The notes beneath the pieces are model-generated. The model saw nothing but the letters and a program-made list of their open reading frames with translations, did not search any database and was not told the origin of the DNA. Below, one piece after another: positions 12,493 to 25,535 of a stretch of DNA of 64,000 nt. The stretch is from Cirrosporium novae-zelandiae (taxonomy: Eukaryota): positions 186,001-250,000 of the forward strand of contig JAPETS010000020.1 in the NCBI GenBank assembly GCA_026023565.1, given 5' to 3'. Position numbers and translations under genes: made by a program. Each line of letters opens with the position of its first letter. The stretch's first letter is position 1.

Positions 12493-13002
12493 GCTGGATC
12501 ATTTTTCCATTTATCCACTCACATTTTCCCTTCACGCATATCAAGAGATTACGTTGTCACAGGAGGCGGGATTGTGCCTACAGCAGCTCCCAGAGTGCTT
12601 TTTGATTCGTTTTCTAGTCAGCCATCCAAACTTTTTACAGAAACTGTTCAGCTTGCTCTGTTTGAATATTACACGACTAGATTTCAATTTCAATTGCATA
12701 TGAACTCGTCGATTATCCATTGGCTTTTGACTGTCGATAGAAAGGTTGCTTTCACGAAATACACTAATGATGAAGCACCCTGACGCATCTCTGCTGTTCT
12801 AACCGACGAGTTGACTTTGCTGAAAGTATTAAAGTATTTTCCCCTACGATGACATTGGGGATATGAAGGACCAATCAGTAAAGAATTCATGTGTCAAGCA
12901 ATCATTTGAGCTTATCGATTGATGTCTAACAAACTCTTGAATCTCCTGAACCTTTCGTTGCTATCTTTGAAACACAGGACAACAATGGCATCAGGGCATT
13001 AA
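12493..13002 (+). pseudogene. Possible decayed F-box-like gene fragment
   Basis: One frame reads SFFHLSTHI..RISRDYVVTGGGIVP..QLALFEYYTTRFQF with only three internal TGA stops over ~170 codons; loosely resembles fungal SFLDLP..IR..IY F-box-like N-termini. No start or splice model found. Confidence 0.25.
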
Positions 13003-15555
13003 AGTCATTGAAAAGTTGCGACAAGCAGTCATAAAAGTTCAAGGCTATAGCACTCGTTCTATATTCAAATCCCAAATATGGACCGAACCTCATGCTGTGG
13101 CTAGGAGACCTATCTTTAATACCACCACAGTGAGCCGTGGCCCACCATCGCCTTCTTCAACACCGTATCTCGAGCACCTCGTTCTCCTTAAATAAGATAG
13201 GAATAATGTTAAGTTGATGATAGTCATATAGAGCTCAGGCTAGTATCCCTCGGTAGCCTTGGAACATCATTGTGGAAGGACAGGTGTTCACCCCTGATGA
13301 TAAAATGACCATAGTTGTCGACTTCTTGTGTTTGAACAAGCAACCATTACTTGCTATATTACTGGTAAAAACGCGGCTTTTAAAGTAGCACTCTTTTTTT
13401 GTCCTCCTTACGACCAAGTCAGATGATTTAACCCGTTGGTCTTCAGATCTACCTTTGACCAATCAGGATCTCGAACAAAAAATCTCCCGATGGTTGTTTA
13501 GGAGTATTCAATTTCAGCATGCTCGAGAAGATTGGATTAATGTAGATCATAATTTAAGTATAAATCAGTTGGATTTCGGTATGTTTTTTTATTATTTCTG
13601 TTGAACCTAGAGCCTTTTGTTAACATGAAAACAATAGATCGATGTCTGCTCGATATGTGGCGCCGGCACTATATCACACCAGGTTCCAAAACAATCTAAA
13701 TAATAAACAATAACAAACATTCCAACAATGGCTACACCAGCTAGTGTCCCAATAGCCACTCAGCTCCAACAGCCACTATAGCCAATATCACTTTTCCAGC
13801 AGTCACAGCAGTCACAGCCGCCCCAATACTAGAAGCCACAATCCCATCGCTAAACACTGAACTCAGCCGACTATGGCCGTTGAGGAAATCCAAAGTAACC
13901 ACCTCGTCACAACAGCCTGAACAGTCGCTGGGGATGGCATCCTAATCAACAGGAACGCTTCCGTTCCCTATTACAAGGGGGCCAGAATCTACGAGACCTA
14001 GGCGAAACCTCCCATCTCCCACAACCCTAGCAAATATCAACAATAAAGAGAGTTGGGGGGTCCCGCTGCCCAAAGATTCTATAATTAGAGCTCAGAATTG
14101 AAAAGCCAAAAGATGGGTTGACGAACTTACGTTTAATCATTTACATCGCATAGTTTAGTAACACGGGAGGTATACAATAGAAGGATAATGCTAACCAAAT
14201 TATGTATTTTAGTCTCAATGCATCTTGGAGATAATTCATCGTCGTCACTTCCGCCTATAAAACTGGACGCAATAGAACCTACTAGGAAGCTTCGAAAACA
14301 AACCAAAAAACCGCGAAAACAGACTGACAAACCTCGAATACAGGCAGCCACCACGCTGAAACCCTACAAAATAAGCCAATATCTACCATTTTTTGTCCTC
14401 GTCTGGGGAGGGGGCTTGAGAGACTAGTCACCAAAGATTCTCGGACTACAATGATAGATAGCAAACATAACAAGGGTCACGATACCAACAATACCATCAC
14501 CTTGAGCATAACAAAAGGCTCCTAGAATAGATATAGATTTGTTAGATAGGATAAGTCAAGTCATGCATACGTATATTCCACAACAATCAACGATGACAAC
14601 AACCATAACACTACACACACACTCAAGTATATAACCAACCCCCCACCCCCCTTCCCCCTAGGAATACCCCATATCCTCAAACAAATCTGACCACAGTGAC
14701 ACAGTAAACCTTCTCTATTGCCCTACTCACTACCCCAAACAGACCCTAGATTATTTCCACTATTACCCAGCAATGAGGTAGTGATTTCCAAGTCCCCCCC
14801 CCCCTCCCTCTTTTTCTTCTTCTTCTTCTCTCCCTCTCCTTTGAATGATTTGAATGATTTGGTTTGTTTATTTATTTTTTATGGTATTGGGTATTGGGGG
14901 GGGGAGGGGGAGTGAGGTTTGAGAGATAAGTATGAAGTATAGTTAAAGAGGAGGAGGTATTACGTTGCATTGCGATTGATCCAACATGACTAGACTACAA
15001 GAGCCCCCTCCTCTAGACCACAAATCCCCCACCAACCCTCTCTAATGGAGTTCATGTTGAGTTATCAAAAGGTGACTGACTAGGTTACTGGAGTAGCCTA
15101 GTATTGCATGTTATATCGAGCATGGTTACAGTGCATAACTCAAACAGGTGCCAAACAGTGGTCTCTCTCTCTTCACTACCCTAGGTAAGATGTAGATAGA
15201 CTATATGAAATCTAGAAATTAAAATAGAAAAGCTTTTTATGGAGGGGGTAACTATTATTATTATTGAGAAGAAAAAAAACTTAAATGATAATTGCTTTTG
15301 TATAGATATTCTTTATTATTGGCTGCTGTTGCCTTAGGGTTTAGCTTGGGTTTATTTGACTAACAAGAGAAAGGGAAAAAAAAAAAAACATTAGCTACTG
15401 CGGATAGATATAGATACATACACATTATCGCTAAGCCAAAAAACTCCTAAATCCCTTCCAATTTACCTTAAAAGTAAAACTAAAAGTAATTATTTACGTA
15501 GGTATATATAGGTCGGTCACCTAACTATCTACAATATCTATCCCATTTTTATATC

Positions 15556-15582
15556 TATAGAGAGAGAGAGAGAGAGAGAGAG
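15556..15582. repeat. (GA)n microsatellite within an SSR-dense intergenic island (~14.5-16.9 kb)
   Basis: Directly visible; neighbours include (TTATCCG)n, (GGGGATT)n and poly-A/poly-G runs. Confidence 0.9.
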
Positions 15583-16950
15583 ATGATAGAGAAAGGGGAG
15601 AAAGGTTAGGTTAGGTTGGAACTTGAAGTAGAGGGAATTTGGGATTTGGGATTTGTATGATATAATTAGATAGGTAGTTTTGATCCTATTGGTAAGTGGT
15701 ACGGCATAATGAATTATGGTTGGTGGTTATGGGTTAAAGAATCTATAGGGAAGTCTGGGGAATTTGGTACTCGTTATTCGTTATCCGTTATCCGTTATCC
15801 GTTATCGAGATCTAGATAAATACTGCTGCCATCACCATTACCTATTACCCTATTAAGAAATCAAGAAAGTAAGGAATGAGAGTAGAATTGGGAGTGGGGA
15901 GTGGGGATGGAAGCGGAAGACTTGGGAAATAGAAAATGGGAAAACAAGGGGGGACAAAAGGGGGGTTGTGTATATGCGTACGTCCCATGTCGTCTTATGT
16001 CCTATATCATCATCTAGACGCACACATCTAGACACGCACATCTACATCTACATCTTACGTCCCCAAAACCCCAAAACCCAAAACTCAAATCCAAGACCCA
16101 AATATACGAAAGAAAGAAAGAAAGCAAAAAAAAAGTCACCAAGTTACGATAGGTTTGGAATTATAAATTGGGGGATTGGGGATTGGGGATTGATGGATTT
16201 CGGGTGAGGAAGGGTTGATAAGATTGATAATGGGAGTATCGATAATGGATAAAAATATATATCTCTCTCTTTCTCTTTGGAACTTGGGAATTGGAATTTA
16301 GGGGAGGGTTAGTAATGGTATATATAGGTTTTTTTGTGTGTGGGAGTAGCTAGCTACTGTAAATAGGTAAATAGGTAAACAGGTAAATAGTGGAATAGTG
16401 GGTGTTACGGGACTGGGGTTTACTACCTTGATAAGGGAGGGGGTTCGTGGGTGTAGTTGTGGATGTGGTTGTAGTCGTAGTTGTGGGTGTAGAGGGATTT
16501 AAGGACCAAAAGAAGCGGAGCGGAGCAGAGAAGAAAAAAAAAAGATACTGCAGCTGTAGATGCCATCAACATCCTTTTTCTATTTCAACATTTTCCCACC
16601 AAATAAAATTAAAAACCCTTTTCATTATTTTTGTTTTTTTTTACATCATTCGCATCTTTTGCCGCGCCAGAAAAAATGCTTCTCTCTCATACATACATAC
16701 GTGAAAAAAAGACTCGGGCCCTAGATGAATCAGGAGAGGGAGAGGGAGAGAGGAGTGGTATAATAAGTTATATGCACACATACACACACAAAAAGAAAAA
16801 ACGCCTTTTAGTAGTTTTTTTTTCATGACCTCCTACACATCCCCTCCTTGGATATTATTCATACATGGTTGGAGAAAAAAAAGGTGGTTGAGATGTGTGT
16901 GTGTGTGGAGATGTGGAACTGTGGAAAGTAGATATGGTCTATATTTCTTT

Positions 16951-17875
16951 CTAGGCGTTTTTTACTACGCCGACTTTGGCAGCCTGTTTGATCGGTCGGT
17001 GATAGTGTCAGTGAGAGAGAGATATCGATATCATGGCGGCTTTTATATACGAGAGTGAGTGGATCTTACCCGTAAAACCCGACCATTAAGTATAAATCCC
17101 TTTTGCTGTGTGAAAAAGACGGTTCCATCTTCCTTTCCCTCCTGCGGTGCATGGAACGTCGCTTCATGCATGTTCGGGTTGAATTTCTCCTGCTTCTCGC
17201 TGGGGTCGAAACGCTCTAGGCCGTGCTTGGCCAGCGTTTGCATCATGATGCGCTCCGTCATCTGTAGGCCTTGGTATAGATCGTGAAGCTCCTTGTTCCT
17301 TTCCGCCAGCGCCTTGGGGTCCGTGGCGTCTACGGTTCCGATAGCACGATCCAAGTTGTCGACCGTGTCAACCAAATCCTTGGCGAATTTCTGGATGGCG
17401 AAATTTCGTGCCGCATCTACTTCGCGCTTCGTGCGTTCTTGTAGGTTGCGGTACTCAGCGACGGAGCGGAGGTATTTATCCTAGCGAAGTGTTAGGCTTG
17501 CGGTACAGAAGGGTGGGACCTAAGATAAGCAATAGAGACCTTGAGATCAATTATTTCCTTTTTCTTCTCTTCTAATTCTTTGTTCGGGGTCTCTTCCGCT
17601 GGGGATTTCTTGGCGGCTTCTTCAGTCGGTTTGGCCTCGGCTGAGGGGGCCTCCTCTTTCTTGGGGGCTTCCGCTTCCTTGTTGTTGCTAGATTCGGAGG
17701 CCGCAGAATACCATCGTTGCTGAGCTGATAGTCGTTGTGAGGTAATGGGGGCTTGGGCGTATGAGGCTCGTAGGAAAGGTGATATTATAGGCGATCTTAA
17801 AAAAGCCGGTCTTGCACAGAGGACGGAAGACGCAGATTTCTTTGCGCCTTGGCGGAGTAGTGCTCGCTGAATCAT
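16951..17875 (-). CDS. MGE1: Mitochondrial GrpE nucleotide-exchange factor
   Basis: Exons 17875-17540, 17480-17070 and 16983-16951: presequence, DKYLRSVAEYRNLQERT, FAIQKFAKDL, FNPNMHEA, GFILNGRVLR-AAKVGVVKNA*. Confidence 0.96.
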
Positions 17876-18672
17876 GATGAAACTGAGTATGCAAATGTCG
17901 TGCGCTTTTTCGTCCTATGACAGGTGCAATTCAAGAAGAGAGCCTCAGTTCTTTGGCCTTGGAAGTCTTCGGACCAAAAATTTAGAAGCTTCTAGGGTTA
18001 GCGTCATCGGAGTGACATGTTGAAGCCGCTTCGTCTGACGTAGTTAGATGTACTTTTTGTCCAAAAGTGAACTTCTTCCAAAGTAAGACAACTTTAACGA
18101 AACCCTGAGAATTTACAACGAACCAACAATTTCTAAGGCCTGCTTTCGGAAACCCCAAAGGAATATTGGAATCATTTATCGAGTCTCTCGGTTCCTATTT
18201 CCATTACTTCCTTAATGTTCTCATGCCTGAAACTGTTGCTGTCATACTAAAAGAGGAATCCTAGTAACAAGCGACCGTTATAGACTAGTCTCCCTATTGT
18301 TCATCCTGAACCCTACCGTTTTGATATCAAAGTTCATGCTTCTGCTTCAGAGCTGCCAGCAAATTTCTTCGATATTCCTATTTCTTATAGGAATCAACCG
18401 AATTTCGTTCGGTCCCCACCGTGAAACGAGATGCCTCGTCACCTTTTCTTGGTTGATTACAATGCACTCGTAGTATAGAAAAGGTTCATTAATTCTTTAT
18501 AAAATGTCGATTCTCCATCATCATCACATTTCATTTTCACTCTATTGCGCACCAAAGCGCGACATGTGTATCATATATGGCACATGGAATGCCATGACTG
18601 CCAAATTCCAACATAACCATCCTTCCCTCCAGACCCAGATTTCCCAAAACGCCCACCTAAAGACTTGGATTT

Positions 18673-20444
18673 TTATATGAGAATAGCCTTGTTTTTGCCA
18701 AAGATCCTTGACGCGGAAGCTTCATCCATTCGGCCAAGTTCATTCTCGATATCCGCAAACAGAGAAACGATGCCCTCTCCGGCATATATTTTGATCGACT
18801 CCACGCGCTTTTGCATCGAAGGACGAGATACATTCCCAGAGTCTCGTTGATGAAATTGCTCCTTTTGGGGAGCGTTTGCATTGAAGTCAACTGTCTGGGA
18901 ACCTTCCATGCAAGTTGGAACAGCAACAATGAGGGCAGCAGCTACATGCTCAAGCAGCTTCTGGCGAACTCTTGTTCGTCGGTTTTCTGCATAATCTAGC
19001 TTAGTTCTCCATGAGTCGATTGCCCGATCTAGTTCCGCCATGCCTTCCTCCTGTCTTAAGAGACTCCTTCTAGAGAACTTGGAAAACCGATCCGACTTGA
19101 GCTCTGAAATGATTTTACTTTGTAAGTCCTGACGACCTGCTCGCAGCGACTTGTATGTATTCCGCAGATAACCACAACGCTCGTCTAAACGTCTCAGTTC
19201 CTATTCGAATTAGCATATGCAAGACTGTATATTGCTTCATCCACTTACACTACTTAGTGAGTCTACGTCCTTTTGCCGAAGTACTTGAAATCGTCCTGCC
19301 TGTCCCGCTGCCTGCTTTTGAAGAGCTTCAACCTCGGGCTTGTCCAGCTTTGCATAGGCTTCTTTTGCAAGAAAGCCTGGTGGAAGTTCCTTGAATGACT
19401 CCATCCGACTAAGTTGAGACCTTGAACGTTTTGGTTGAAGATCTCTGGGTTCCTTGAGTCCTTTCAGTCCCTTGGTTGGATCTACCTCTGTCACCGAGGG
19501 ATGTGGTTGATGTTTTTGATCCTTGATGTCTTTTGCATTATAATAGGAGTTGGCGGTTGATTCTGTGGAAGAACTTGGTCCACTAGTGTGACTATGCCCT
19601 CTATTGTGATAAGGTTTTGTAGTATAGGTATGTGGTTCCCGATTGTCTGCCTTCTTTTGGCAGCAGACCAAGCTACCGATTAATGAGAACTTGGCTGGCT
19701 TGGGCACATGGGCGCAGGCTGGTGTGCTAGGACTCTCCTTTCTCGAAATCTCTGGAACTTTTACTGCAAATTTTGAACTTGCTATTGTTGATAAAGATCC
19801 ATTGGGTGAAGAATACATGGTCGACTCTACCGGTCGTCGTCTAAGAACTTGTTGGTTCGGGGATTTTGGAGGAACAGCTGGTGGGATCTCTGGATGTAGA
19901 TCTGCCGATGGCAAGGAGATTATCGAACTCGTATCACTAGCAGAATTTCTTGTCTCTCCGTTATCCTGATCCTTCGGTAATAGTACTGAAGATGCTCTGG
20001 TTGATGAACAGAGGTTCATGATTCCTAGTGCCTCTTGCCCGCCCTGGAATTTGGGTTTCTCCGTTAAAAAGGCTGACTCCATCTGAGCATTGGATCTTTG
20101 CTCTGGAGCACTGGCAGATCTCTGGTGAGCGGGAACTCGTCCAGGAATGGTTGCTAAATATGTCAATACACGTCAACATATCAGAGAGAAATAGACTCAC
20201 GGGAATCTATTCTAGCGTCGTCAACTTCTATAATAGGGGAAACCTTGATGTTAGGGACGCTCTTCTTCCTTCGTCCTTGTAAAACTCTGTCTCTGAAGGC
20301 TAGCTTTTGGCGATGATCAATGGGATGCTCCGGCCTTTTATCAGACGGATACCGCAATTGCTCCATGGAATGTGAGGGACGTGGGCCGGTAGTCATATTT
20401 TTTTGGCTCATTGAAGGCCATACGCTGTATCTCTCGTTTTCCAT
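18673..20444 (-). CDS. Up-regulated-during-septation (Uds1) domain protein
   Basis: Exons 20444-20201, 20153-19249 and 19200-18673. C-terminal part RFQVLRQKDVDSLSS-ELRRLDERCGYLRNTYKSLRAGR...ENRRTRVRQKLLEHVAAAL...ESIKIYA matches the Uds1 pattern. Confidence 0.85.
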
Positions 20445-22548
20445 AGTTATTTGATTGCACGTGAGTCACAAATACTAGTTTTTCGATATCTATGGCTATC
20501 AGTTATAGCAGGCCTCAAAGTGTTATTGCCAGCTTACATATTCGCAGTGGTCTTTGCGCCTATTGGTTGAACCGAGGAGACTTGGTATTGGGTTCTCGTA
20601 TTTGATGACTGATCCACTTCATGCAGACAAATGGGCCTTTTTTGTGAACAGAGCTTCAAAGGGAGAATAAGCAGCATTCAGCAGCAATAATGGTTGTGCT
20701 ATTGAGGATATCTTATATTAAGCATACATGTCCAAGCACTCGCCCCTCCATAGTGTGAGATGTACCCTTATGTGATTCTAGTTTAGCCATGAATATTTCA
20801 GACAAAAGTCAGTATCCCAGCGCATCAATGGCAAATTCTCGTACAAGACTTCTTGGCAAGGTGAAACCGACGGCCGGACCTACAGGCATGAAACGGTCTA
20901 TGTTCCACGCAGGTGCCCACAGGACCGGACAAGTACTTGTCCTCTTAACCGACCTGTTGAAAAAGTTAAATATCCCTGACAGACCCCTCAGTCTCGGTTC
21001 TTCTTCCAGGTTCATTGACACTGTGGTGGCGTGGAAGCACTGGCCAAGTTCGATTTTCGATTATGCCCTAAATTCATTACTAAAGAAATTTCCTAAAAGC
21101 TTGTGAAAGCTTATGAAAGCTTCAGTACCTTACAGGGACCCGTTAATGATTCACTCTTAAACCCATCAGACACAAGCCTTCCGTCAAAGACTAATAATAT
21201 TTGCTATCCCTGACCATATTTAATATGTAGCATTATGCAGAGATTCATGGAATGGTTGATGGGTAGGATGAGTGCAAATCAATTTTGTTTGCAGAGCCAA
21301 GTTGTGATGTTGCTCGATAAGGCAACTAGCCTTTTCTCCATGCAGTATGAGCCAAGGTAGATGGCTGGTTATAGTACAGGTAGTATTGGTGGAATACGAA
21401 TTGAGCTGCCCGTGCTCAGTTGTGATTTTGAAATTGTAAACACCTGTTGAGGCTTGTAAACAGAACGGCATTCATGTGGCGTGGAGAGCATAGGTGGAAG
21501 GGTGTCCTTTCCTCGTGCCCTTGTTCGACGCATGAATGTTGGGATAATGGATAACAGGGAGTTTGGTTGAGTGGTGTTCCATGACCAAGTGGTCCCCACT
21601 AGACAGGCTCGGAGACAGGGAAAAAAGACACAAAGGGATTGGATGGAATGGATGGCAAGAGGGGCTCTCAGGCCTTTCAAGGCTTTCAAGGCTTGTGGGA
21701 GGATGAAAGTTGTGTGTAAATTGTGTCATTTGTGAGAAATTCATAACCAATTATGGCCCCTATCCCTGCCTGAAACGTGGGGCATTAAGCTTCCATTATC
21801 CTTATCAACGACCTCCGAACTTAATACCGACCTCCCCAAACCTTCCCATGCTTGCTCTCTTCCCACTATTCCTTTTCTATTCCTGTTCTTCAACCCCTCT
21901 TCCTCTCACTAAAGCCATTTAAGAATGGTTCAATAATGTCCATGTTACGGATCATATCCGAATTATCCCACTAATTACCACCTGTTCCCTTTTCTAGTAT
22001 TAATTGGGCACTTATCACAACTCTTGAAGGACTACTTTCAAAGAATCAACCCCAATCTTCATACTAGACATGGTTACTAGATAATCACTATTTATCGACT
22101 TAAACTTGGCATCGTATTTCATGGTCGATCATCGCAGACAGAGCCAGAGTCCGTCATCGGGGAACCTTTTGGACTCTATAACTCCTTCTTTCTATCAGTT
22201 TGAAAACTTCATTTTGTGACATTGATTTCCATTTTGAAACTAACTAACCAGTACAAAGGATCGTTAAGCAATTCTCGTCTTGATAGTAGTAGATCACACA
22301 AACATCTAGTACATGAAGATGAAATAATGGTGAGATCATCCTGGGTTTCCTGTTAGCCATCACAATTTATTCCCCCCTCGAAACCATTATCAGGATTAAA
22401 AGAAAGAACACACAAACTCCTAATTTCATCATTACTTGCAACACCATCTGGAAAGTGAACTAGAAAACAATAAAGCATAGAAAAGGAAAGTTTTGTCACT
22501 TTTAGCAATTTCGGCCCGCCATCCTAGCCCGTCCACATTTGCGTACCA

Positions 22549-23409
22549 TCACATCCTCATGAGGAAATCAGATATGTGTTCCGGTTCTTGAAGTCTGTGT
22601 GAACTTTGGCATCTATACCTACGCTGGCGTTGGTAGTGTCTAGAAAAGTGAGGAGGTTGTCCCATCTGCACAGCAAAAGGGTCATCATTTCCAGCATGCC
22701 CGCCTTGTTCAAACCCCTGCCGCCTCCTCCTCCGTCTCACAGCATCTTCAGGACTAAACTCGGCCCAGGTATCGAAATCAGGACCGACCTCCGAAGACGC
22801 TCCACTTAGCTCAGCGAACATACATTCCCCGTCGCTACAACCACCGTAAAGGGGGCAATTGTTATCATCAGAATCTGCATCATAAGGGCTTTCATGTTCC
22901 ATGGTCATGAACATAGGATGTCGAGACCTCCCATCCCGTTGACTGTAGAGTGAATAATGAGGAGCATGTCCCGACATACTACCCGGAGACTGCCCTCGTT
23001 CCTGATGACCATGCCTCCTCGAAGTCCGTCTATTGGAACCGTCCATCCCTTCTGAAAAGGACATCCCACCGGATCTCGGATCATTCCCCATCATTTGAGG
23101 ACCCCTGCCCCTTCTCTGGGAATGTAGCATACCTTCTTCTCGCACCCCATCAAATTGTTGATCATCAAAGGAATCAGAATTATCAAATGTATCATAGGAA
23201 GGATAGTCTTGATGATGACCATGACGACCACGATGATGCAACGGTGGAGGCGAGGCCGAAGATTCGAATTCCCAACCAGGAGACCGTACAAGATAACCAG
23301 CCGGATTCTCACCCCTGGGCTGTCGATGCCCTGGCATACCCCCATACATGTTTTCTCCTTCCGAATTCTCTCTCCGAGACCGTCGATGACCTGGGGTATG
23401 GTGATACAT
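22549..23409 (-). CDS. Hypothetical low-complexity Arg/Gly/His-rich protein (orphan)
   Basis: 286-aa ATG ORF in good context (GGAAAATG) with a TATAAAA about 210 bp upstream; no recognised domain. Confidence 0.6.
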   Translation of the reverse strand: MYHHTPGHRRSRRENSEGENMYGGMPGHRQPRGENPAGYLVRSPGWEFESSASPPPLHHRGRHGHHQDYPSYDTFDNSDSFDDQQFDGVREEGMLHSQRRGRGPQMMGNDPRSGGMSFSEGMDGSNRRTSRRHGHQERGQSPGSMSGHAPHYSLYSQRDGRSRHPMFMTMEHESPYDADSDDNNCPLYGGCSDGECMFAELSGASSEVGPDFDTWAEFSPEDAVRRRRRRQGFEQGGHAGNDDPFAVQMGQPPHFSRHYQRQRRYRCQSSHRLQEPEHISDFLMRM

Positions 23410-24507
23410 TTTCCTTTCTTTTAGCGTGTAGTTTGAAAGGTGCCAGAGGTATGATCGACAAGGGTAATAATAATATTCGTTTCCCTAATAAGGAAGCTCC
23501 TTTAAGCTGTGATTTTCGTTTGGCGGTTGATTGATTAGGTGTTATTGATATTTCGTTGATAGAGAATTGTAAAAAAACTATGTGAGAGCAACAACACTGA
23601 AGGACCCAGGGTATCCCCTTTTATAATAATACCTCCAGCCTACAAAAGCAAACGGCGTACCGAAAAAAAGGTCATCTGGACCATACCGTTATCAATGCTC
23701 GAGGCAATTCGAAGGTGAAATTTAATAGATCTTCGACTGTGTGAAGAGGAATGGGATACAAGAAGTGTGAATCCGGTAAGATTTGACTTGACTCCAGTGA
23801 AAGAGTAAACTGTTGTATTGATGTTAATTTGGTTGTGGTAGGATAGAGCGACCTTCTTTTACTACGAGCCTACACGACAGATAGACCAGCCCGCTGCTAT
23901 TCTATTCCATTACATCAAGGTCGGGCTGGATTTTATGAATTGTTCTAGCTAGCTATCGCATTCACGACAAGAGTGAAGTACCAGACAGCATGAATACATA
24001 TGAATGAAGAATCGAACAGGACGTTATTATGCCATCACTTTCGATCCTTAATACCCATTCAGATCTATTCAGTGCCCATGAATATTCCAACGTCAACGAC
24101 TGCCGAAAGAACTATCCTTCGCGAATAGATATGTCTATCTACAACCCATTCGGAGGGATAACCCCAATCTATCCCGCCAAACGAAACAGATAATCATAAA
24201 ACCACCAAGCTAAAAGCTATACAGCACTACCACCAGCATCACCATCATCAAGACCCACCAACTCCTTAACCTCCACCAAAACTCCTTCCAACTAAAAAAA
24301 AACCACCACTCCAAACCCCGCCAGTTCGACCTTCCCTCTCCCTTTTTCTCAACCAACCTATCATCATCACCCTTACCATCACTTCCTACCCTCACCCCAA
24401 CAACCCAAAAAGCCACAGCACATATAATAAACACAGTCAATACAACAAAAAACCCAGGCCCAGACCCAGGAAAACGAACCAAACCATCCGTGCTGGTGGT
24501 AGTTAGT

Positions 24508-24717
24508 TATCTCCTGGACTAGGCACAAAAGGACCGCCTTAGCAGAGGGAGACAAACTGGGGGGTCAATTAGCGCAATGATAAGATCTTAAAAGCTCAGT
24601 ATGATTCAGCAAAGCAGTTGATACCTGATTCTGCCTGAAAATGGTTATCTGACCCTATCATGATCCTTACATGACACCCCTACTAAGGCGATTCTTTTGT
24701 GCCTAATTCAGGAAATA
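24508..24717. mobile_element. MITE-like fold-back element with ~41-bp imperfect terminal inverted repeats
   Basis: 24508-24548 matches the reverse complement of 24677-24717 at 34/41 positions by my count; all 7 mismatches are transitions. Confidence 0.6.
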
Positions 24718-25535
24718 GTGATAGCAAACCTACTAGTCCAGGCGGGTGTGGTAGAAAGTTGCGGGTAGGATAGTTGTTGGTCTAGGGATTGGTCTAGGGA
24801 CGAGGAGGAAGGGGAAGTGGAGGAGGTCCAAGGGGGAGCGGACGAAGCTTTGTGATGATGGTGGAGGATGAAGTATATATGCGCGTTTTTTTTGTGTGTG
24901 TGTTTGATTTATGGTAAAGATATATTTTTTTAGTTTGTTTAGTTTCCCTATATTGCACTCCATTCTATTATATTATATTATTATCCTAATATATATACCT
25001 AACACTAGATATCCATTCCCTCAAGTTCAAGTAGGTAGATGCCACCCCCTCCTCCCCCACGTCTCCACGTTCTTTTAGTTTTGACTCAGCTGGGTAAGAA
25101 GGTAAGAATGTAAGAATGTAAGAATGTTGGGTTGGCTTGTTTTGTTAATAGTTGTGTTGTGTCGTGTTGTTATTGTGTTATAATTATGATATCACAAGTT
25201 CGATCCACCCAGATCCACATCCCCATCATATATATACCCAAAACCCCATCTTCCATTCCATTTTCCCCCCATTTTCCCCTATCCTACGTATCTATATACC
25301 TACAAGTATTGTATCTCTTTTATGAATCCAACCCATCATCATATAGATGCCTATGCCTATGTCTATACGATTAAAATAGAATAAATGGGGAGAAGAGGGG
25401 AAATGAATTAATTTTTGGTTTTTGAATTGTTTTATTTGTTTTTTTTTTTTTAGATGGAAATATGGGTGTTGGTATGGGGCATTGGGTATAGTAGAATAAA
25501 CCAACAAATAGAATGATTTAGTTAGCCAGACTAAT

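Noticed and set aside
13741..14130. Protein-looking stretch suggesting a RIP-decayed gene
   Set aside because: About seven stops in ~130 codons is near random expectation, and no family motif was recognised.
14980..15145. Nested short inverted repeats (TTGAGTTAT/ATAACTCAA, CTAGGTTACT/AGTAGCCTAG)
   Set aside because: Arms of 10 bp or less, with no TSD or RNA-family motif; may be chance.
21943..22221. Second TGTTACGG...GTGACA candidate solo LTR
   Set aside because: No target-site duplication and no similarity to the 25.5-kb element beyond the first bases.
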